Origin: Diplonema japonicum | Lineage: Eukaryota > Protista > Euglenozoa: Diplonemea | Direction of reading: 5' to 3' | DNA length: 64,000 nt | Assembly (NCBI GenBank): GCA_964019335.1 | Contig: OZ025721.1 | Coordinates: forward strand, 62,001-126,000 | Shown here: positions 54,977-64,000 of the stretch, in pieces | Layout of the letters: the number at the start of each line of letters is the position of its first letter | How positions within the stretch are numbered: the stretch's first letter is position 1 | Made by a program: the position numbers and the translations under genes | The notes under the pieces: model-generated | The model's database searches: none | The model's input: the letters and a program-made list of their open reading frames with translations, nothing else | What the model was told of the DNA's origin: nothing

Positions 54977-57078
54977 GGGTCGATTTCAAAAAAACCCCCC
55001 CCCCCAAAATGAGGCCAATTGACACTTTCGTTGCATCTTTGGGCATGCCGCCCCCTTTAAAAAAAATTCTCCATATTTCCCGGCCCATATTAGGAAAGAA
55101 CCCGGGTCAGAAATCGCTCAAGGGTGCTATTTTGACCTATGAAAAATTCAGTCTTAGGGTAAAAATCGGGTTTTAGCGGTTTTGGTAAAGTCAGAGATTA
55201 TGCTTCCAATAGCAAGAAATAGCGGAACTCACTGCCAGAAGGTGGCTGAAATGATGTTGAAGGTGGAAACCTTCATTTCTTAGTCTTCTGCAGTTTAGAT
55301 GTGCTGCTGCTGCTGGGTGGGCGACCTCGTTTCTGTTTCATATTAGGCCTTCTACCGCGTTTTGGGGGGGTTTTAAGAGGCTCATTCGCAGGTGTGCTTG
55401 GTGCTTCGGGCTTGTCATGCTCTTCTACGGGGGAAGTGTCGAGTTTCTTTTGTAACTTGATAACAATTCTTTCCCGTTTTTCAAGTCCGGGAAGGCTATC
55501 AGGAACGTCTTCATCCTCATCACAAGATTCATAGACTGGGGGCCTTTTCTCTGCCCTGTCTGCATCAAGTTCTTTGATGACGTACTTTAGTTCCTTCCAG
55601 CTCGTGGATGCACATGTTGTAGCAAATACACCCTCCGGAGTACTCTTGAACCCATATGCGCCTGTAAAGTCCGGGAACTCAAGAATCTTCTTTTTGTACG
55701 GGCCAAATACATCAGTAACTACAAATGCAGAGGTGTACCGTATCGTATTGGTGATGTTCGCTATTTGTTCGACAGTTTTAATTGTTGTGGAACGAGACAC
55801 CCGAAGCCAAACACGAGAAAGCACTCCGAAGTGGCTGTCCCTGCCGTTTTTGCCGTGTTTCTCCCCCAGAAACCACAGGGAAAACGTCTTATCAGCATAG
55901 ACGTCACGAAGACCAAAAAGAACAAAATAGCAAAATTCCTTTGCACGAAAGTGACGCCCACTGTCAGTCCAGAGAATCCACTCCATTTTTTCGGGGATCG
56001 CAAACCCACTAGCCAGGACAGTTTTCAGGCACTCGATAACGCATTTCACGTCAGTATTCAGACTTGAAAGCACACAATCAACATGCAGCGCCCTACGAAC
56101 ACCATGCCCGTCAATCCAGTACACCCCGATTCCCAAAACACTAAACGATTGCGAATGGTAAAAATCGTAGCTTGTTGATACAGGACCCATTGGTAGGGAC
56201 CCCTTGGACTTGAAGTCGATGTCAAGAACTAATGCATCCGGTGGGGGAGAAGTCCTGTGCTCATTGTACAACCTTCTTTGGGCCATACACCTTTCAACAT
56301 GTTGCTCCCAAGGCTTCAAGTTTGCAACAAGTTCACGTACCTTTTTCTTTGGGTACTTCCATCGAATCGCATCAATACAATTTAGGGTCTCTTGCATGTC
56401 CGAAACACTGAACTGCAGGTCCCATTTGACCCCACGTGATGTCATCGTTTGCAATAGCGAAAGACGCATCCGTTGCGCTTTTGTACAGTACTCGCACATA
56501 TCCGTGGGTTTGGCACAGTGCATAAATTCCTTCCCTCTCCTCCTTCGAAATGTTGAATAGGAAATCTTATTCATAAGGGCGGATGACCCGAAAACATCTT
56601 GATATGACACCTCGAGTGACCTTACGGTAGTCATCCTGTGGCGTTTGCGTGTGAGACGCCGGAGGACCCGCGATGTTGGCTGGCTGACTGCTAGATGATC
56701 AGAATTGATCTCTGTTCCCATTTACCCTTTCTCGGTCCGAATACCTTTTTTTTACCCCTAGTTTCTCAACTGCAAGTTTAAAAGCGTCCATTTTTGGAAC
56801 CCCCCCCTCTTTTTCTGAAGTTGTTTAAAGTGGGAAAACCTTTTTTTGGAACCCCCCTCTTTTACTGAATTTATGCAAAGTGAAAAAACCCATTTTTGCC
56901 CCTAGGACTGAATTTTTTGGCTACTAGTAACACTCACTTTCCAATTTTATGGGGTGTTTTTTTTCCTAACCTGGGCCGGGAAAGTTGTAGAATTTTTTTT
57001 TTTTTGGGAAAAAGTACTTAGAGAAATATTGAAAGTGTCAATTGGCCTCATTTTGGGGGGGGGTTTTGAAACGATACC
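54977..57078 (-). mobile_element. Sola-like DNA transposon with ~190-bp imperfect TIRs and 4-bp TSD ATAT
   Basis: CCCCCAAAATGAGGCCAATTGACACTTTC is inverted at both ends, with further inverted blocks to about 55174 and 56886. ATAT at 54973-54976 and 57079-57082. Confidence 0.8.
55273..56721 (-). CDS. DDD/E transposase, Sola-like
   Basis: Motifs TDMCEYC, LDIDFK, LWTDSGRHFR and EKHGKNGRDSHFG. The ORF lies between the TIRs. Confidence 0.78.
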   Translation of the reverse strand: MGTEINSDHLAVSQPTSRVLRRLTRKRHRMTTVRSLEVSYQDVFGSSALMNKISYSTFRRRRGKEFMHCAKPTDMCEYCTKAQRMRLSLLQTMTSRGVKWDLQFSVSDMQETLNCIDAIRWKYPKKKVRELVANLKPWEQHVERCMAQRRLYNEHRTSPPPDALVLDIDFKSKGSLPMGPVSTSYDFYHSQSFSVLGIGVYWIDGHGVRRALHVDCVLSSLNTDVKCVIECLKTVLASGFAIPEKMEWILWTDSGRHFRAKEFCYFVLFGLRDVYADKTFSLWFLGEKHGKNGRDSHFGVLSRVWLRVSRSTTIKTVEQIANITNTIRYTSAFVVTDVFGPYKKKILEFPDFTGAYGFKSTPEGVFATTCASTSWKELKYVIKELDADRAEKRPPVYESCDEDEDVPDSLPGLEKRERIVIKLQKKLDTSPVEEHDKPEAPSTPANEPLKTPPKRGRRPNMKQKRGRPPSSSSTSKLQKTKK

Positions 57079-57579
57079 ATATTTCTTATTGCCCCCCCTT
57101 TTCTCAGGTGTTGCTCTCCATGGCGGCCCTGCATTGGTATTTTGAAAAAAAAAAACTTTACTTATATACTTTTCTCTCAAATTATCCTGAGTTTGAAGCT
57201 GTACTGTTGTTATACGACTTCAGACAGCAATTGTTTCTAACTCAATCTCTCGACTCTGGCTTCACTCCTATCCTTTCTTTTCACCTCCCTCCCCAGTGTC
57301 TTCCCTTATTTTCCATTACCAGGCCCCTGACCCCCGCCCCCAGTGTTATTCAAATTTTTCACTCACCTTTCATATAGAAAGAAAAAAGAAAAAAAAAAAG
57401 AAAAAAAGAAGGACAGATGATTCAAGCTTCGGTGTACACGATCGAGCTTGATTTGAATTCCTTTATTTTTGAGAAAAAAAAAAAAAAGAAAAAAAAAAAA
57501 AAAAAGAAGAATATATAAAAAAAAAAAAAAAACTGTAGAACGAAACTTAATTGAATTGAATTTATTGGCTCCCGAAAGC

Positions 57580-57957
57580 CCAACAAGTCCAGCAGACGGT
57601 GGAGTTTCACAGTCAGCTGGTTAATTTTTCACAATTGAAACTCCTCCAAAGTTCTTAAAATCTGGGAGGTCGTCTCTTGTTACTAGAGGCGGCTAATGCC
57701 TCGAGACCCAGGTGCTGCCTGGTGGGTGGGATCGGTTTTATTTTATTATGAAAAGAGCGTGGTGAGGGGGTCCAAGTAATTTACAACAGGGAGCAGCGGA
57801 CCAGGACCCCTCGACCAATGGCTCAGTAACAGAGACTGCTTTTCACGAATCACTTTCAAACACCTCTCTTGGTTTGAAGTGATGTCCCATTCCCTTTGGT
57901 TTTTTCTACTCCCCTTCGATCCTCCCGCCTGGTAGTGGAATATTTATTATTATTATT
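57580..57957 (+). mobile_element. 5'-truncated, diverged copy of the same retroposon family
   Basis: Shares the blocks CCCAACAA..CCAGCAGA.GGTGG and GGCTCAGTAA.AGAGACTG and the terminal CGCCTGGTAGTGGAATA(TTA)n with 58947-59291. The 5' boundary is approximate. Confidence 0.75.
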
Positions 57958-57967
57958 AAAAAAAATT

Positions 57968-59291
57968 AGGGGTCCGATTACACACACACATGAACATGTA
58001 GACGAACGCGGTGTGTGTGGTGGCTGCCCACCTCCACGGTGGTGGTCCCTGGGCAACGCGCAGGTGGTGAAGGTTGCGCGGCTGAGAGGCAGCTCGAGAG
58101 GAGGAGCAGGGGAACGGTGTTGCGTTGGGCGGCCGAGGGCCGGAGCCGGAGCGCCGTGTTGGATGGCATCCCCTGGGGAAGCCTCCTGCACGCCAGAACG
58201 AGGACCGGATCCGGAGACGCCGTTTGATGGTTTTCCTGGGGAAGCTGACCTGAACGCCCGAGCGAAGTGGCCTGAGCGTGGGGAGCACTGTTTGCCGACA
58301 GAAAACAAGATTAATGCAAAATGTCCAGAGTGCGCAACAGTGTTTTCCACGTGAGGGGTTCGATTTCAAAGTGGGTCCTCCAGCCACCAGAGTTGTAGGC
58401 TGGGTTCCCGCGGAGAGAGAAGCGGAGCGGAGGCGTCAAGTACGGTGGACCACCTCAAGGGATGTAAGTCCATTGTGTGACACAGTCTCTCGGTGAAGGT
58501 CCGACTTCTGGTGGGTAGGCAGGCAGAACCGCATAGGGGTGTAAGGAACACCATTGTGTGACCTGTCGCACACGGGGAAAGCCCAAGGCCGGTGGGTTAT
58601 CTGCCAACGTGCCCCCCTCCTCTACTTCGCCTCTCACAACCTCTTCCTCCCCGCTGACGATTGACTCCACAGCACTCGCCGGCCTACCTGGTGCGCCCGC
58701 GTCATTACGCGATAGGGAGTCTCGTTGGAAAAACATCTTTCGCAGCTGAGAAGGGGGTTTTTTTTTTTAGAAATAGTAACCAGTAATTCTTTTTCCCCCT
58801 CCCCCATTGGTTTCCCTTTCTTTTTATTTTCCCTACCAGGCTCCTTTTCTAGTTATGCATTCCTCCCTTCTTTGTGGAAGTTGAGTTCTGAACTTGACTT
58901 TTCCTTTTACATTTCCTTTTCAAATTTATATTTTAGGCTCCCACAGCCCAACAAAACCAGCAGATGGTGGGGTCCCTGTGGCTGGATAAATCAAAATTAG
59001 GGATCTCATCGCCGTCCTTTAATATTTGGGGTTGTCTTTATTTGGTGACAGCCGAAGCCTTCGAGGCCCAAGAGCTGCGTGGCGGGGGAATGGGGAAAAA
59101 ATAAGAAAGGTGGATGTCGGGGGCCCCAGGAAAATATACAAGAGGTCGAGCAAACGAGCAAGAGGTCCCCCCCGATATGGCTCAGTAAGAGAGACTGTTT
59201 TTAACCTTCCCTTCCCAATTTTTATGGTTTCAACTTTCTCCGCCCCCCATCCCCCCCGCCTGGTAGTGGAATAATTATTATTATTATTATT
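57968..59291 (+). mobile_element. ~1.32-kb non-autonomous retroposon with 5' HDV-like ribozyme, (TTA)n tail and 10-bp TSD
   Basis: AAAAAAAATT at 57958-57967 and 59292-59301. The 3' end is CGCCTGGTAGTGGAATAA(TTA)n. Confidence 0.85.
57969..58093 (+). ncRNA. HDV-like self-cleaving ribozyme
   Basis: P1 GGGGUCC/GGUCCCU (one U-U), a J1/2 hairpin ACACACAC/GUGUGUGU, P2 GCUGCC/GGCAGC, P3 ACC-UCCACGGU-GGU, GGGCAAC, P4 GCGC/GCGC and J4/2 GG-C-UGA. Confidence 0.85.
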
Positions 59292-59350
59292 AAAAAAAAT
59301 TCCGAAGACACGTCCACGCCGTCCTGCGCCGGTCCGGGGACGGGTGCTTA

Positions 59351-60472
59351 ATGCGGACGACGGAGAGACGCGGGGGGTACGCTTATGTACCCATCGTGGC
59401 GGAAGGGAGGGCGGATGCCTATCGGATTGCGGGGACGCTGGGTGGGTTGTCTCTCGGGGTGGCGCACCGTAAGGGATGGACTGTGCGGTGCCTACCGGAG
59501 ACGGAACAGCGGCTCCGGGAAACCCTCGCAAAACTGCGTACGAAGCGCAAGTTTTTGCTCACCGGAGCCCCGCCGTCCATCACCAGGGCGGCCTTCGACG
59601 AAGTGATGGACCACATCGGTTGGAAACCATCCTCCGTCCTGCGACGCACGCAGACGATGTTCCAGGGCACGAGGCAACTCGTGTTCTTCATCGTCGTCGA
59701 CAGCCCGCCCCCGAAGTCCAGGACGTGGCTCCTTGGGGGGCGCCTTGTCTGCCTCCGTGATGCGGACGACCACCCGACCGTCAAGCCGCCCCCTCTCATC
59801 AACAGGACGACACCTGCATCTGCACCTGCGCTTGCAACGTCCTCGACCCCGGCACCCACATCTTCTCATGTGCCTGCACCTGCGCCTACTACACCTGTAC
59901 CTGACCCGGCACCTGTATCGGCGTCGACACCCTCGGAGACTGGCCCTGCGGTGAAAGCAACTGGGCTTCCTCCCACCAGCCCGTGGGCGTCCATACCGAG
60001 CTCGGTGGCTCCCCCCCAGCTCGACACTGTGACGTCCCCTACACCGCCCCGCAACGTGTCTGCGGGAAACAAGGAGGGAGTCCCTTCCGGGTCGCCTGAG
60101 GTCGCCGCTCTCACTGAGCTCGTCGCCACGCTGAAGGAGTCGATCGTCGGGCTGCAGAGGACGATCGACTCTCAGCAGGAGATGATCTCCGATCTGCGGA
60201 CGACGCTCCGCCTCCTCCTGCCGCAGGCGGCCACGCTGACGACGGGAACGGCAGTGCCGCGGGACCCTACACCGGGGGCGACGACGACACACGACAGTGT
60301 CTGGAAAGGGAAGGGGAAGGGGAAGAAGGGGGCTCCTCCTCTCGCTACGACCTCTGAGGCTGCGGTGACGAACCTGGGTACGAGGGGGCGGGCCAGGTCG
60401 TTCGCGGAGACCAAAGATCTCTTCACCAATGGGGTCAAGGGGCGCTCTGCCTCCATGGGTCCATCCAATTGA
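59351..60472 (+). CDS. LINE ORF1-like protein
   Basis: Possible RRM-like N-terminal part, Pro/Thr-rich linker, coiled coil (VAALTELVATLKESIVGLQRTI) and KGKGKGK. The frame is open back to the 59302 junction. Confidence 0.7.
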   Translation: MRTTERRGGYAYVPIVAEGRADAYRIAGTLGGLSLGVAHRKGWTVRCLPETEQRLRETLAKLRTKRKFLLTGAPPSITRAAFDEVMDHIGWKPSSVLRRTQTMFQGTRQLVFFIVVDSPPPKSRTWLLGGRLVCLRDADDHPTVKPPPLINRTTPASAPALATSSTPAPTSSHVPAPAPTTPVPDPAPVSASTPSETGPAVKATGLPPTSPWASIPSSVAPPQLDTVTSPTPPRNVSAGNKEGVPSGSPEVAALTELVATLKESIVGLQRTIDSQQEMISDLRTTLRLLLPQAATLTTGTAVPRDPTPGATTTHDSVWKGKGKGKKGAPPLATTSEAAVTNLGTRGRARSFAETKDLFTNGVKGRSASMGPSN

Positions 60473-60613
60473 AGGGGCCCCGCAGAACAGGGGGAGCAGC
60501 AGATCTACGACCATGCTCCCTCTCCTAGTCTCCCTCGCATCCTCCCCAGGAGACTCCTACCTCTCTGTTTCTTCACCGACTTTTCTGCACTGATCCCCAC
60601 CCTACTCGGGAGG

Positions 60614-63600
60614 ATGTCCGTCAGGGACCTGTTGGGGCTGCTTGGGCTGGTCGAAACAAACCCTGGCCCACCCAAGAAGCTGCCGCCCCCGTCGCCTAAG
60701 GGTCTCAAGGTTGTCTCGTGGAACTGCAACGGCCTCGTTGCAAAATGGACCGTCGTATCTCGCCATGCTGACTTCTTGTCGCTGGACATCATCATGATAC
60801 AGGAGACGCACCTGAGGGAAGGGCACGACACGCCACACCTGCCTGGGTACAGGTCATACAGGAGGGATCGGTTGACACCGGTGACTGACGGCACTGCGAC
60901 GAGGGGTGGTGGTATTGTCACGTATGTCCGCGACGATCTTGCCTCGGAGGAGGTTCCGCACGTACTCCCGGCTGGGGACTGTGTCACTGAGAGACTGGAT
61001 GTGAGGATCTCCTGCGAGAAGCGTGAGCCGATCACTCTCTCCAACGTTTACCTTACACCGGTAAGCGCGAGCAGAGGCACGAGGGACCCTGAGTACCTGC
61101 GGCCTGGCAGCCTTCCCATGGGGAAGAACACAGTCATAGCGGGTGACTTCAATGCTCACCACAGCTCCTGGGACGCCACGGTGACGACGCCGAACGAGAG
61201 GGGGAACGTGGTCAGGGACTGGCTGGACACCCACGGGTACACCGTCTACAACGACCGCAACGAACCGACGAGGGACTCGTCACGACACGTTCTGGACCTG
61301 GTTGTGGGGCGCTGCGCGAAGCTTGAGCCGAAGACGCTGGGCACGTGGGGCTCCGATCATAGTCCCGTATCCTTTCACCTGCCTCTTGAGGACGTCTACC
61401 GTTCGGAGCGCCCCTTCCCCACCTGGAATTTCAAAAAAGCCAGATGGGATGACTACACTGCTGCTGTTGCCCGCCTGCTTGCTGGTGTTGACACGGCGGC
61501 TCCGATTGACTCTGTCACGAAGGGGTTTACACAAGCCCTTTTGACTGCGGCGAACGACCACATTCCCCTCTGTGGGATGCGACGTGGCCCGACCCCCTGG
61601 TGGACTGCTGAGCTCGAGGACGCCTTCGAAGAGCGGAACACCCTGCGCGAACTCCTGCTTCAAGAGGCGGACGTGGTGGTGGAGGAGTACAGGGCGAAGG
61701 TGAAGGAAGTCAACCGACTCCTTGACGAGACGAAGCGTGAGGCATGGGGAAGGATGGCGGCCGACCTCAGCCGGAGCAAGGACCTCGGGGCTGCGTTCAG
61801 AGCGGTGAAGAAGCTGGACGGCAGGCACCGAAAGACACACCTTCCTGTACTCGAGGGAAGATTTGTGTCGGACAAGGCGAAGGCCGACCGGCTGGGGGCG
61901 CACTTCGCTAAGCTCTACGGCAGGCGTGGTGACGGGAACTCGAAGGACGCCGCTCCTTCTGCAAGCAGACTCGGGTGTCAAGCGTTCACCGTGGACGACC
62001 TCACCCGCGGCCTGAGAAGGATGAAGACGCGCAGCGCGGCCGGGGAAGACGGAATCTTCTCGGAGATGCTCCTACACCTGAACTCGGACTCCCTCGGTGT
62101 CCTCCTTCTACTCCTCAATCGCTCCTGGCTGATGGGTGTCGTCCCCGGTGCCTGGAAGAAGGGAGTGATCGTCCCGGTACCGAAACCTGGAAAAGATGCG
62201 ACTCTCTTGGCTTCCTACCGGCCGATCTGCCTGACCAGCTGCCTCTGCAAGCTGCTGGAGAGGATGATCGAGGAGAGGCTCACGTTTCTTCTTGACGCGG
62301 ACGGGACGGGAGTCGAGGGACTCCACGACAGCCAGGCTGGTTTCAGACGCGGCCGCTCCACGGAGGAGCAGGTGGCAACCCTCACTGAGTGCATGTCGAG
62401 GAACAAAGACGATCGACGTCTCTCGGCCGCTCTGCTGTTCGACTTCTCTTCTGCCTTCGACCTGGTGCCCCATGGTGCCCTGCTGGACAAGATGCGAGGG
62501 AAGGGTCTCCCCGAACCCTTCGTGGAGTGGACGCGGTCCTTTCTATGCGGCCGTACTGCTGCGGTCACGATTGGACGGTCGAGGGGGTCGACGACGAAGG
62601 TGCGACGGGGTGTCCCCCAGGGCTCTGTCTTGGGTCCCATCCTGTACACCATCTACGTCGACGAACTCGCCAGGAGACTGGAGGGACTGGCGGATGTCTC
62701 GGTGCTCTACGCCGACGACGTGGCGGTTGTGATCTCCTCTGGACAAGGGGACGTGGCTGGGCTGGAGCGGAAGGCGCAGGCAGTGGTGGATGCGGTTGAG
62801 GACTGGTGCAGGGAGCGTGACATGCTGCTGAGCACGTCCAAGACGCAGGCAGTCTGCGTCCCCCCCCAGAAACGTCTCGGGGTCTACTTCACTTCGTCAC
62901 GAGTCCCCCTTCAGCCAGGTGCCTTCCAGAACCCACTCTTCGGCCTGGGGGTGAACGCCGATGGCACGATCTCCGGGGACCAGGAGCTGGCGGGCCTTCA
63001 GGTTGTGGAGGCGGGTGGTGTGCGGATCCGCTGCGTGCGGGACATGCATGCAGCCGTGCGACGGCCCGACGTGGATTACGTTGCGGCCCGTCCCCTGCCT
63101 CTATCTGAACACGCGAGGTACCTTGGGGTTACGGTGGACTCTGGGCTCACGTTCGGTGAACACGCACAGGACATCCTACGGCGGGCCAGCAAAAGGCTGA
63201 GGGTGCTGAAGCTCTTGTCCGGCACGTCCTGGGGCAGCAAGAGGGACACTCTGCGGTCTCTCTACGTTACGTACATCCTCCCGCTGCTGCGCTACTGCAT
63301 GGGGGTCTACTACAGCAGGCTCGATGATGTCGGGAGGAAGGACCTGGCTGGGCTTCACCAGGAGGCGGCGGTGCTGATCACGGGCTGCTGGAGTGGCTCC
63401 GGAGGGTACAAGCTCCTAGCTGAGGCAGGACTGCTTCCCCTCGAAAGAATGGCGGAGGGTGCTGCGGCGACGATGACGGCGAAGGCCTTCTGCTGGCAGT
63501 CTTCCCCGGTTCACAGGGAGACGGTCAAGCTGAAGCAGGCGAACAGGCTGGGGTGTGGGTGGCTGCGCTCTGGCTACCAAGCACTGCGTCGATGCGGGTT

Positions 63601-64000
63601 GGAACCAAAGGTGCACTTCGAGTACCTGTCGGCTACGCCCCTGGCGGCCCCGTGGCAGACAGGCATGGTCGACTTCAGGACTGACCTCCCCGGCGGGGTC
63701 ACGCGATCGTCGCCAGACGCGGACAGGCGGAAGGCGGCCGAGGCTGCTCTTGCGGCTCTCCCCCCGGGCATCCATGCCTACACGGATGGCTCGGTTGTAC
63801 AGGTCGGACAGAAGGCGAAAGGTGGCTCTGGGGTTTATCTGCAGCTGCCTCCCCCCCTGACCCCTGTGTCTGTGTGCCATGGCGTCAACGACTTCTGTTC
63901 ATCCTTTCGGGCAGAGGGCATGGCTGTGAAAACGGCACTGGATATGGTGGCCACCCTCCGAAAAACACACCCTTCGCTGGCGAAGTCCCCGCTGTCGATC
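60614..64000 (+). CDS. LINE ORF2: 2A-like motif, APE endonuclease, reverse transcriptase, RNase H (3'-incomplete, absent from the ORF track)
   Basis: VETNPGP; APE motifs SWNCNG, IQETH, GDFNAH and GSDH; RT motifs SYRPICLTS, QAGFR, DFSSAFD, GVPQGSVLGP, YADD and YLGV; RNase H motifs YTDGS and SSFRAE. Confidence 0.95.
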   Translation, partial: MSVRDLLGLLGLVETNPGPPKKLPPPSPKGLKVVSWNCNGLVAKWTVVSRHADFLSLDIIMIQETHLREGHDTPHLPGYRSYRRDRLTPVTDGTATRGGGIVTYVRDDLASEEVPHVLPAGDCVTERLDVRISCEKREPITLSNVYLTPVSASRGTRDPEYLRPGSLPMGKNTVIAGDFNAHHSSWDATVTTPNERGNVVRDWLDTHGYTVYNDRNEPTRDSSRHVLDLVVGRCAKLEPKTLGTWGSDHSPVSFHLPLEDVYRSERPFPTWNFKKARWDDYTAAVARLLAGVDTAAPIDSVTKGFTQALLTAANDHIPLCGMRRGPTPWWTAELEDAFEERNTLRELLLQEADVVVEEYRAKVKEVNRLLDETKREAWGRMAADLSRSKDLGAAFRAVKKLDGRHRKTHLPVLEGRFVSDKAKADRLGAHFAKLYGRRGDGNSKDAAPSASRLGCQAFTVDDLTRGLRRMKTRSAAGEDGIFSEMLLHLNSDSLGVLLLLLNRSWLMGVVPGAWKKGVIVPVPKPGKDATLLASYRPICLTSCLCKLLERMIEERLTFLLDADGTGVEGLHDSQAGFRRGRSTEEQVATLTECMSRNKDDRRLSAALLFDFSSAFDLVPHGALLDKMRGKGLPEPFVEWTRSFLCGRTAAVTIGRSRGSTTKVRRGVPQGSVLGPILYTIYVDELARRLEGLADVSVLYADDVAVVISSGQGDVAGLERKAQAVVDAVEDWCRERDMLLSTSKTQAVCVPPQKRLGVYFTSSRVPLQPGAFQNPLFGLGVNADGTISGDQELAGLQVVEAGGVRIRCVRDMHAAVRRPDVDYVAARPLPLSEHARYLGVTVDSGLTFGEHAQDILRRASKRLRVLKLLSGTSWGSKRDTLRSLYVTYILPLLRYCMGVYYSRLDDVGRKDLAGLHQEAAVLITGCWSGSGGYKLLAEAGLLPLERMAEGAAATMTAKAFCWQSSPVHRETVKLKQANRLGCGWLRSGYQALRRCGLEPKVHFEYLSATPLAAPWQTGMVDFRTDLPGGVTRSSPDADRRKAAEAALAALPPGIHAYTDGSVVQVGQKAKGGSGVYLQLPPPLTPVSVCHGVNDFCSSFRAEGMAVKTALDMVATLRKTHPSLAKSPLSI

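Larger units (their letters stand above)
59302..64000 (+). mobile_element. Ingi/I-group-like LINE, 5'-truncated, running off the window
   Basis: ORF1-like region followed by APE, RT and RNase H in one frame. Confidence 0.92.

Overview
Eukaryotic protist DNA, most likely a euglenozoan such as a diplonemid. This is inferred from three things: all host genes lie on one strand, short GT-AG introns sit among long poly-T/poly-A spacers, and the mobile elements are of the Ingi-like and VIPER/TATE-like types. About 15 distinct host genes run on the + strand. They are a Urb2-like gene, a sirtuin, a beta-hydroxyacid dehydrogenase, SAE2/CtIP, a ureohydrolase, a ropporin/RIIa protein, a degenerate class III cyclase, GDP-mannose 4,6-dehydratase, UTP15, a PAM2-motif protein, a Tudor-like repeat protein, a copine-PDZ fusion and several hypotheticals. 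UTP15 has a 6.8-kb intron containing a decayed LINE, a tRNA-Ala gene and a full-length tyrosine-recombinase retrotransposon with split direct repeats. A 2524-bp unit encoding a secreted LamG-like protein is repeated 5 times plus a truncated sixth copy (39.5-53.0 kb). A transposon pile follows: two ~1.2-1.3-kb non-coding retroposons that begin with an HDV-like ribozyme and have 10-bp TSDs, a Sola-like DNA transposon, and an Ingi-like LINE. In the LINE, ORF1 and ORF2 are in frame across a single TGA, a 2A-like motif precedes the endonuclease, and a PDZ-like insertion sits in the RT. All calls come from reading motifs by eye; no searches were run.
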